Of a DNA stretch of 32,977 bases, positions 18,637-26,509 are shown piece by piece. The notes under the pieces are model-generated. The model was not told where the DNA came from. It searched no databases and worked only from the letters and a program-made list of their open reading frames with translations. Each line of letters opens with the position of its first letter. Positions within the stretch are counted from its first letter, which is position 1. The position numbers and the translations under genes are program-made. Location of the stretch: contig JZWU02000016.1 in NCBI GenBank assembly GCA_000960865.2, positions 1 to 32,977 on the forward strand, read 5' to 3'. The stretch comes from Vulcanisaeta sp. AZ3. GTDB lineage: Archaea; Thermoproteota; Thermoprotei; Thermoproteales; Thermocladiaceae.

Positions 18637-19489
18637 GCATGGCATAACCCAATATCCTTGGTCTCCTAGGCTTGGCATTAACATTAATTATTAATGCCCT
18701 ACCGCTTACTTGAGGCAATTCCTCGTTCAATCTTATGGTTTCATCCTTAACCTCACCCATGACCTTAATACCGTTGAGGATAACATGAACTTCCCTAGCC
18801 TCATCACCCCACTTAAACCTGGTAAAGCCGTCAATGTGATTAATGAACCTTACACCAGGCCTGATTAAGGCTTGAATGCCCTCTATTTCCTCAAGCTTAA
18901 CGTTCCTAAGGGCTAAGCCAACACGAGTGCCAGGCAATACTGATTCCTGGTCCTCATCAAGCACTTGAATGCTCCTAATCTCTACCTCCTTATTCATTGG
19001 GTAGGCTATGAACTTGTCATGAACAGAGACTTGTGTTAATGCATAGCCGAGGACAACGACACCAACACCCCTTACATTAAATGCCCTATCCACATAAACA
19101 AGCCCTCTATCAGGGACATCCGTATCTAACTCTCTAAACTCAGAGACAAATCTCGATATGCTAAGTTCGCTGAAGTACTTCATGAATGTATTAGTGTCGT
19201 TTGTGAGTATAATACCAGGTAGGGCGGTTGCCTCGGCAAGTAGTGCTAATTCACCGTCAATCCAGGTAATATCCTTTATGCCTAAGTAAAAGGAGCTTGA
19301 TATCGACAATGCCCTGGCAGTATCAAGGACATTATTGATATTAGGTATCAATACGCTCCTAACGAGATCGCCAACCTTCCTATAATAAACCCTCTCCTCA
19401 CCTCTATCCCTCTTACCAAGCATTGAGGCTATCTCAAAGGCATATTTCTCATCTGATGAGAGTACTGTAATAATGCTACCGCGAAGCAC
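18626..19489 (-). CDS. SelB-like (SelBL) EF-Tu domain II protein with degenerate G domain
   Basis: VDRAFNVRGVGVVVLG, EIRSIQVLDED, GTRVGLALRN; no intact P-loop. Confidence 0.8.
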   Translation of the reverse strand: MLRGSIITVLSSDEKYAFEIASMLGKRDRGEERVYYRKVGDLVRSVLIPNINNVLDTARALSISSSFYLGIKDITWIDGELALLAEATALPGIILTNDTNTFMKYFSELSISRFVSEFRELDTDVPDRGLVYVDRAFNVRGVGVVVLGYALTQVSVHDKFIAYPMNKEVEIRSIQVLDEDQESVLPGTRVGLALRNVKLEEIEGIQALIRPGVRFINHIDGFTRFKWGDEAREVHVILNGIKVMGEVKDETIRLNEELPQVSGRALIINVNAKPRRPRILGYAMLNA

Positions 19490-19546
19490 GTGCTAGAAAT
19501 CTGTGTGTAATACTTTTAAAGTTGTCGTAATAATTAAGTAAAATAA

Positions 19547-21460
19547 TCATGGAGGTAGAACGTTCATAATATCGCTAGCAATTTCAGCTAACCCTAACTC
19601 AATCACCGTACTCCTCCTTGGGTAACCTGTACTTGGATCCCAACCAAGGGTCTCCCAGTATTCCATTCTCATCCTCTCTACATCCTCCTCCGTCAACTTA
19701 ACATTGGCTAAAGGCCCCTCTGGGAATGGTTCTAGGACACGTTTTGGTAACTTAAAATCGCGCGCTGGGTTTATGCCCTCCCTGACATTGAATAACTGCC
19801 TAAGTGTTTGGATTCTATGTCCAGTCTTCACTAACTCCTGCGGTGTATACTTAATGCCAGTCACGGCATATATTAAGTCTATGTATGGTAAAGTCCTATA
19901 GATAACCTGGGAAGAGAATTGGCAGAAGCCTAGAGAATTCTCGACCTGCGTAGTCATAGTTATTATTGCAGCCTTACGACCCTTCTCTGAGTAATCATAC
20001 TTAGGCAAGGCGCCTAAATCCATGCCTATATCGAATGTTGTCCATAACTTCTTACTACCCTCACCCCACCAATGAACACCACCAGTCGTGTGTCTACCTG
20101 GTGTTGGGTCGCCAGTGTATACTATGGCGAGGCCAGGTAAGAACTGTGGGTGATGAGCTGGTAATTCCTGGCCACCAACATGTATTGCATATTGCTCGGC
20201 ACCCTTACCGATAATCTCCGTAGCTCTCTTAACGCCTTGCCCAAGCACCTTACCAATACCTTCACCCTTACCGATTAACTCCACGAGCCTAACCACAGCA
20301 TCTGGATCACCCCACTTGAGTGGGAATCCAACGTCTTTCTCTGTGATTATGCCCTTCTCGTATAACTCAAAGGCGAAGCCTACAACATTGGCTGTGGATA
20401 TTGTGTCGAGACCATACATATTGCATAACTCACCAACATAAACCACTGAATCTTGGTCGGCATTTAGAAGTGCAGGTCCGAATAATGATGCAGTTTCATA
20501 CTCAAGCCTATGCCCATTCTCCACAAGCCCATACCTCGTTTGTCTTCTAATCCAAGCACCGCAGGCTACCGGGCAGCTGGCACAGCCGTAGGATTTAACA
20601 TTGTCCTTAATCACGGTATTTGTACCGAAGAGCTCAAGATTCTTAGTTCCATAATCTCTAACGCCAATGCCCGCCCAATTCTTAATGGGTGTATCGCCAG
20701 ACAATACACTGCTATCTAGGGTGGATATTGTACCGTACTTATGCCAAATATCATAAGCCCTAGCCCTAGGGCCTCTGAGTAAATCTAGCATCCCCTTGAT
20801 CTTCTGCCTAAGTAGGTCCTTATCATGGATCTCGGGCTTCTTATCACCAACAGCAACAATAGCCTTTAGCTTCTTACTGCCCATTACAGCACCGAGGCCG
20901 GATCTACCGTATGCCCTACCATGCTCATTAATAATAGCAGCAATTAATTGCAGTCTCTCACCAGCTGGACCTATACTAACGACTTGAGAACCCTTATACC
21001 TACGCCTAAGCTCATCCTCAGTCTCACCAGTGGTCTTGCCCCAGAGGTCTGTGGCTGGTTCAATATGTATATTACCATTATCAATAAGTATATAGACTGG
21101 CTTCTCAGCAATCCCAGTCACAAATATCGCATCAAGCCCAGCCTCTAAGAGCTTAGGACCAAACCTACCACCCGCATTAGAATCACCCCAACCACCTGTT
21201 AATGGGGATTTACCCACAGCCATGGATCTACCAGTCATGGGAATACCACTCGCATTTAGAAGCCCGGACACTATACCGAGGATATTATCAGGACCCAGTG
21301 GATCAACTCGCGGCCTCATATTCCTATACAAAAACCAAGCACCAAGACCATAACCACCAAGGAAATCCCTATAGGCCTCCTCAGGAATCTGTATCTTCTT
21401 CACCTCGCCTGTTGAGAGGTTGACAAAGCCCACAACCCCATTAATACCCTTAATAGTCAT
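19547..21460 (-). CDS. aor: Tungsten aldehyde:ferredoxin oxidoreductase family enzyme
   Basis: KSPLTG, SNAGG, SIGPAGE, GRSGLGAVMGSKKLKAI, CASCPVAC, EYET, CNMYGLDTIS, SLGFCQF. Confidence 0.93.
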   Translation of the reverse strand: MTIKGINGVVGFVNLSTGEVKKIQIPEEAYRDFLGGYGLGAWFLYRNMRPRVDPLGPDNILGIVSGLLNASGIPMTGRSMAVGKSPLTGGWGDSNAGGRFGPKLLEAGLDAIFVTGIAEKPVYILIDNGNIHIEPATDLWGKTTGETEDELRRRYKGSQVVSIGPAGERLQLIAAIINEHGRAYGRSGLGAVMGSKKLKAIVAVGDKKPEIHDKDLLRQKIKGMLDLLRGPRARAYDIWHKYGTISTLDSSVLSGDTPIKNWAGIGVRDYGTKNLELFGTNTVIKDNVKSYGCASCPVACGAWIRRQTRYGLVENGHRLEYETASLFGPALLNADQDSVVYVGELCNMYGLDTISTANVVGFAFELYEKGIITEKDVGFPLKWGDPDAVVRLVELIGKGEGIGKVLGQGVKRATEIIGKGAEQYAIHVGGQELPAHHPQFLPGLAIVYTGDPTPGRHTTGGVHWWGEGSKKLWTTFDIGMDLGALPKYDYSEKGRKAAIITMTTQVENSLGFCQFSSQVIYRTLPYIDLIYAVTGIKYTPQELVKTGHRIQTLRQLFNVREGINPARDFKLPKRVLEPFPEGPLANVKLTEEDVERMRMEYWETLGWDPSTGYPRRSTVIELGLAEIASDIMNVLPP

Positions 21461-21528
21461 TAAGTACGGTTTAAGGATTTATGAAATTTAAATATTTGCA
21501 TTAAATTAAGTTAAAAGATTCATCACTC

Positions 21529-21655
21529 TGGTGGGCCCGCCGGGATTTGAACCCGGGATCTCCCGCGCACTTAGGTTATTGTTGGCGCGGTGCCTTGTAA
21601 GGCTTTCACGGGGCTTTTAACCCCTGGGCATCCTACCAGGCTAGACTACGGGCCC
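21529..21655 (-). tRNA. tRNA-Val(TAC) with two introns (29/30: 21625-21604, 22 nt; 37/38: 21595-21568, 28 nt), CCA encoded
   Basis: Removing both introns gives a 77-nt cloverleaf: GGGCCCG...CCCGC CTTACAC GCGGG AGATC CCGGG TTCAAAT CCCGG CGGGCCC A CCA. The 37/38 intron has a BHB central helix CTTA/TAAG. Confidence 0.9.
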
Positions 21656-21676
21656 AGGGATTCCTTGACTTTCATG

Positions 21677-21691
21677 GTTTTTATGCTTTTC
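21677..21691 (-). promoter_or_regulatory. BRE-TATA promoter of tRNA-Val
   Basis: Minus strand GAAAAGCATAAAAAC, ~25-35 nt upstream of the tRNA. Confidence 0.6.
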
Positions 21692-21804
21692 TTTATTGGC
21701 TCGTTAAGCGCATCCTGTCTATACTACTTTAGTTAACTATATTTCACGTTAACGGATATGGGGTCTTTTTATGTTTATTAATTAATCTGGGGGTATGCGA
21801 ATGA

Positions 21805-21820
21805 GAAAAGCCTTAAAAAT
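21805..21820 (+). promoter_or_regulatory. BRE-TATA promoter of initiator tRNA-Met
   Basis: GAAAAGCCTTAAAAAT, ~25-35 nt upstream of the tRNA. Confidence 0.65.
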
Positions 21821-21841
21821 GAGGTAGTGAAAATCAAGCCC

Positions 21842-21938
21842 AGCGGGGTAGGGTAGCCAGGTAGCCTGCGGGGCTCATAACCCCGAGGTCCCCGGTTCAA
21901 ATCCGGGCCCCATCCCGTTAAGGGAGGCTAAGCTACCA
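21842..21938 (+). tRNA. Initiator tRNA-Met(CAT) with a 20-nt intron in the acceptor stem (69/70; 21912-21931), CCA encoded
   Basis: A1-U72 pair, GGG/CCC anticodon stem, CTCATAA loop, TTCAAAT T-loop. The 3' acceptor strand CCCC|GCT ACCA is interrupted by ATCCCGTTAAGGGAGGCTAA. Confidence 0.92.
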
Positions 21939-21992
21939 GATGATGGCCCCGCACCAATTCTTATTGGGATTTTACTTTTATTTCAGAATGTC

Positions 21993-23183
21993 TTGAGCTT
22001 ATCAATGCTTGTGCTGATTGTCTTTGGGTTGTTGATCTTGGTTACTGCCTTATTAGCCTCCTTACTATCTTTAATTTTTGAAGCTAGGTTTTGGAATACC
22101 CTACCTCGTATGCGACTTGTTGCTTCTACGTTTCCTAGCGTGACTGTGATTATGCCCCTTAGGGGATTGGATCAAAATTTAAGGGATAATCTACTTAGTG
22201 TTCTTGATCAGGATTATCCTGGCCATAGGAGGTATGTTTTTGTTGTTGATAGTGATACTGACCCGGCCTACTCTGTGGTTAATGAGATTCTTAACCACGT
22301 TAATGTCGATGCATTAGTAATAATTAACAAGAGTGGTCGAGGCAAGGGTGATGCCTTAGCCGCCGGGCTTTCTAGGGCTGTTGGTGATGTTGCGGTCTTT
22401 GTTGATAGTGATGCCTATGTTCACAGGCACTGGCTTAGGAATTTAATTACTCATCTCCTTAATGGTTCTGGCGCGTCCACGACATATAGGTTTTACCTAC
22501 CCCTAAGGCATCTTAACCTCGGTACTTTACTTAGGGCAAGCTTTAATATGATTGGTTTTACAGCAATGCAAAATTCAACGGCTAGGTTTACGTGGGGAGG
22601 TTCCTCCGCAGTCTGGTCTTGGCTTATTAATAAATACTCAATACATTATTACCTACCACACTACCTAAGTGATGATTACGTAGTGACTCACTTCGTACAT
22701 AAGGAGGGCTTACCCATAGCATTTACACCTGAATCTCTAGTACTCACCTACGAGGATGCTGATATTAAGGAGGCCTTCTCCTGGGCCGTTAGGCAGTTGT
22801 GGTATGTCAGGGTTTATGGTTTTAATGGTTTCCTACTATATGCTGTCTCTTACACTCTATACGTAATTACCCTGCCATTAGCCATCACCCTATTCCTACT
22901 AAGCCTCAACCCCTGGTTCTTACTCCTCGGTCTCTTACCGTTTCTTTTTGGCGTAATCAAGGATTATATTAGGATCAACAGTATTAGAGGTCTAGATGAA
23001 TTCTACCGTGAGAGAATTAGTAAAGGGTTCGTAATTCTCCTGGCATTTACATCAATAATCAATGTATACTTCTCCTGGCTTGTCATAATTAAGACTATGT
23101 TTACTAGGAGTATTAATTGGCGCGGCCGCGTGTTCACTATTGATGATGCAATTAAGTTAATGAGAGAGAAACCCCTGAGGTGA
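21993..23183 (+). CDS. Membrane GT2/GT21-like glycosyltransferase (ceramide glucosyltransferase/HpnI-like)
   Basis: PSVTVIMPLRGLD, DQDYP, FVDSD (DxD), WGGS, LSDD, RQLWY; N- and C-terminal TM helices. Confidence 0.85.
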   Translation: MSLSMLVLIVFGLLILVTALLASLLSLIFEARFWNTLPRMRLVASTFPSVTVIMPLRGLDQNLRDNLLSVLDQDYPGHRRYVFVVDSDTDPAYSVVNEILNHVNVDALVIINKSGRGKGDALAAGLSRAVGDVAVFVDSDAYVHRHWLRNLITHLLNGSGASTTYRFYLPLRHLNLGTLLRASFNMIGFTAMQNSTARFTWGGSSAVWSWLINKYSIHYYLPHYLSDDYVVTHFVHKEGLPIAFTPESLVLTYEDADIKEAFSWAVRQLWYVRVYGFNGFLLYAVSYTLYVITLPLAITLFLLSLNPWFLLLGLLPFLFGVIKDYIRINSIRGLDEFYRERISKGFVILLAFTSIINVYFSWLVIIKTMFTRSINWRGRVFTIDDAIKLMREKPLR

Positions 23184-23188
23184 TCTAG

Positions 23189-23557
23189 TTGGTTAATGTT
23201 CGTGAGGTCTTCTGGTCCATGGTTAGGGACCCAAGCCTTTTGGTTAATTATGTTAGGGGGCTTGGGCTTGATATTAATGAGCTTTGCAATGACGAACCCG
23301 TTAGTGGTTTGAAGTGTCCGCCTAGTGCGAGTGATGATTTTAAAATTAGGTTCTTTGTAATCTCATATATTTATCTCAAGGTTTTGCGTCTTGAGCTTAG
23401 TGAGCTTGATTCTTCATATGTTGTGGTTACGGGTGTTAATGAGTTGATTAGTGATATCATTACTGACCTTAGGCTTTATGATGCACCGCCCAACCTATTT
23501 CTGGCAATTATTAATATTGCTCGTGATATTCTCCACCTACCTTCTCTCCGTGCTTAA
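23189..23557 (+). CDS. Hypothetical protein
   Basis: 122-aa ORF 5 nt after the GT stop; GAGGTGA SD-like sequence upstream; host-like codon usage. Confidence 0.7.
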   Translation: MVNVREVFWSMVRDPSLLVNYVRGLGLDINELCNDEPVSGLKCPPSASDDFKIRFFVISYIYLKVLRLELSELDSSYVVVTGVNELISDIITDLRLYDAPPNLFLAIINIARDILHLPSLRA

Positions 23558-24673
23558 TGCTTCCTCGAGCTTTTTTAATAATTCTTCTAATTCATTTATT
23601 TCTGCTTCGTATAACCTAACCATCACATAATCCCACTTGCTCCTTATCTGGCTTAGTAACTCCTTAGCGTCTCTAATCCTTTGCCTAGCCTCGTCATAGA
23701 CCTCGTTATTTATTAAAGCCTTAGCCTCACTTAGAAATTCAGTAAGTCTCAGTAGATCCTCGGGCATGTGCACAGTGGCGAAGGAATTATACTCACTCAA
23801 TTGTTCCTTGTTATTTACTAGGTACTTTAGCACCTTTATTGTTCCAACCCTGAGGAGGGCTGGAGTTAATTCTGACCTGCCTATGTCTATACCATTAAGT
23901 AGTAGGTAAGTGGCTACGTACATGGGTACCTTAACCCTCGTCCTATTACTAATTGGTATGTGTTCCACATAATTACCAACTATTGGACTTATGACCTTAG
24001 ATATATCCTTTACATGCTCATAGACATACTGAACTAAGACCTTATTCACAGTCTGCACATCATCCATAGTCGCCAAAGGCTCGATCCTCTCTAAATCCAT
24101 CCTCAACTCCCAACCCTTAACTATGAGCGGCTCAGTATCATCAGGACTAACCCACTCTGTAAATACCCTCAGCGGGAATCTATCATAGAGAGCCTGTAAC
24201 TCCTCCTCATCAGGAATCCTATTGCTAGCGCCGAAGACCGTCCAAGTCTTCACAGGAACTACCTTCTCGCCATCGTAAACAACTCTCTCATTCAATATTG
24301 AGAGTAATGTGTTAAGTATGGCGCTAGACGCGTTGAAGATCTCATCGAGTAATGCAAATTCACTTTCCACAATTGAATTCGTGTACATCCTTTCCACCTT
24401 ACCGTCCAAGAGCTTGGCTATGTTTATTGGACCCAATATCTCCTCCAGGTCTGTAAACTTTGTTAACTGCCTATAGAACCACCTAGCATTTAGTAATCTT
24501 GATAATGCGTAAATCAGCGTTGTCTTAGCAGTGCCGGGCGGACCAACCAATAAATAATTCTCCCTGGATAGTGTTGCAACGAGAGTTCCCAACACCTCAT
24601 CCTCGTACTTAAAGAACATACTATTCAATTTATAATAAACATTCCTAATCCTACCATATGCCTCCTCAATCAC
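23537..24673 (-). CDS. MoxR-family AAA+ ATPase (RavA-like)
   Basis: Walker A GPPGTAKT, FTDLEEILGP, Walker B LLDEIF, ILNTLLSILNER, GASN, ALYDRF. Confidence 0.9.
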   Translation of the reverse strand: MIEEAYGRIRNVYYKLNSMFFKYEDEVLGTLVATLSRENYLLVGPPGTAKTTLIYALSRLLNARWFYRQLTKFTDLEEILGPINIAKLLDGKVERMYTNSIVESEFALLDEIFNASSAILNTLLSILNERVVYDGEKVVPVKTWTVFGASNRIPDEEELQALYDRFPLRVFTEWVSPDDTEPLIVKGWELRMDLERIEPLATMDDVQTVNKVLVQYVYEHVKDISKVISPIVGNYVEHIPISNRTRVKVPMYVATYLLLNGIDIGRSELTPALLRVGTIKVLKYLVNNKEQLSEYNSFATVHMPEDLLRLTEFLSEAKALINNEVYDEARQRIRDAKELLSQIRSKWDYVMVRLYEAEINELEELLKKLEEALSTERR

Positions 24674-24746
24674 AAGTAATTCTTTTAATTACCTATAATT
24701 TAAACGTTCCCACTATTATAATCTACAATCTACACATACCTAGACA

Positions 24747-26198
24747 TTAGAGGGAGAATCTAATTGCTGCCCTATCTATAGACTCGAATATTGTCGGATG
24801 CGCATGCGGTAACAGAGCTAAATCCTTCACTCTAGCATTCACTGCTATTGCAAGAGCAACCTCATTAATCAACATCGAGGCAGCCTCACCATAAATCACA
24901 CCACCAATTATTCTCTGGCTCTCCTTCTCAATAATTAACTTAACCCAACCATCCTTAACACCAATTATTTGAGCATACGAATCATCGGCCAATGGGTATT
25001 GAACCACAGCATAATTAATACCCCTAGCCCTAGCTGCATCCTCACTTAATCCTACCATGGCAGCTTCAGGCTCTGTAAATATGCTCATTGGTATTGTGCT
25101 GAAATTAGTCTCATATATTGGGTACCCATGCATTATGTTCCATGATGCTATTACCGACTCCTTGACGGCAGCATGATAGAGCATATACTTGCCAATTACA
25201 TCACCAGCAGCATATACATTAGGAACTTTAGTTCTCATTGATGAGTCAACATCCACATGCCCTCTATCAACAATACCAAGCACATCAAGTCCCTCAACAT
25301 ATGGCTTCCTACCCACAGCCATTATAACCTCAGAACCAGTCACATAACCCTTACCATTGGGTCCCTCATACTCAACAACCTTTTGCCCTGACTCCTCCCT
25401 AATGCCTGTAACCTTTGAGTTTGTTAGTATCTTAACGCCCTTATTCGTAAGTTTCTCCTCAATCTTCTCCACAATACTCTGATCCCAACCGCTCAATATT
25501 CTAGGTAACATCTCCACTATTGTTGCCTTAACACCAAGGCTTGATAATGCCGAAGCAACCTCAACACCTATGTAACCACCACCAATAATAATAACATCAT
25601 CCGGGATCTTCCTATAACCAGTCCTATAACCAAACAATTCCTCACTACCCACAGTCAAGTCCGCCCCAGGTACGGGTATTTTTATTGGTACTGAACCAGT
25701 TGCTATCAATAAGTACTTACCCTCAACCTCCCTCCTCCATGATCCATCCAATGCCTCAACAACAACCTTATGAGGATCAACAACCCTTGCTATGCCCTTA
25801 ACGAAATCCACATTCTCATATTCCTTAATCTCTCTAATGTGTTGTAAGTACCTATTGTATTGTACATTATCTTTATGATCAATTACATTCTCCCAGAGAA
25901 TCCTAACCTTATTTATATCTAAATTACCAACACTACTAAGTATACCTCTCAGCTTCTCCATTAGGTATATCACTAATGAGACTGACTTTGACGGTATACA
26001 ACCTTCATAAAGGCAATTACCACCTAGGTTACCCTTATCATCAATCATCAAAACCCTATAACCACCCTTACTTAACTCAAAGGCTCCATGATAACCACCA
26101 CCTCCACCGCCAATCACAACAACATCATAACTACTAAATTTCGGAGGGTCCTCAAACTCAGGGTCTGTTGGTGGATATGAGGGATATTTACTAAGCAC
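24747..26198 (-). CDS. Dihydrolipoamide dehydrogenase-family pyridine nucleotide-disulfide oxidoreductase
   Basis: VIGGGGGG, GGNCLYEGCIPSK, IATGS, IGGGYIGVE, YAAGD, HAHPTIFES. Confidence 0.9.
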   Translation of the reverse strand: MLSKYPSYPPTDPEFEDPPKFSSYDVVVIGGGGGGYHGAFELSKGGYRVLMIDDKGNLGGNCLYEGCIPSKSVSLVIYLMEKLRGILSSVGNLDINKVRILWENVIDHKDNVQYNRYLQHIREIKEYENVDFVKGIARVVDPHKVVVEALDGSWRREVEGKYLLIATGSVPIKIPVPGADLTVGSEELFGYRTGYRKIPDDVIIIGGGYIGVEVASALSSLGVKATIVEMLPRILSGWDQSIVEKIEEKLTNKGVKILTNSKVTGIREESGQKVVEYEGPNGKGYVTGSEVIMAVGRKPYVEGLDVLGIVDRGHVDVDSSMRTKVPNVYAAGDVIGKYMLYHAAVKESVIASWNIMHGYPIYETNFSTIPMSIFTEPEAAMVGLSEDAARARGINYAVVQYPLADDSYAQIIGVKDGWVKLIIEKESQRIIGGVIYGEAASMLINEVALAIAVNARVKDLALLPHAHPTIFESIDRAAIRFSL

Positions 26199-26242
26199 GA
26201 CAATCGCATTATTGTCACATATTTATTTATTTTATTGTCACA
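26199..26242 (-). promoter_or_regulatory. Repeated operator-like sites over the promoter of the disulfide oxidoreductase
   Basis: TTATTGTCACA direct repeat at 26209-26219 and 26232-26242; GACAAT (26199-26204) is inverted to ATTGTC (26211-26216). Confidence 0.5.
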
Positions 26243-26509
26243 AATTTGGCATTAAAATGCATTGAAGTAATTATATTTAAATAGTTTTAAATAAATGCTT
26301 AATCTATCAAGTGCTGCTATATGCTCTAATAATCAAGTCCTCAATTAACTATATGGTCAATGTAAATACAACGTGATTATTAGTCTCATAAGTATGGTAT
26401 TAATAGTGCTTAGAAGGATCCTATAATGAGGTTTTTAAAAATACGATGTAGAATTTCACGATATAAAGATATTTTTAAATATTTCATGAATTATTTTGAA
26501 ATAAATTAA

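Noticed and set aside
21938-22017. Possible C/D box sRNA downstream of tRNA-iMet (ATGATGG ... CTGA)
   Set aside because: Imperfect C box, no convincing D'/C' boxes, and the only CTGA lies inside the GT gene at too long a distance.
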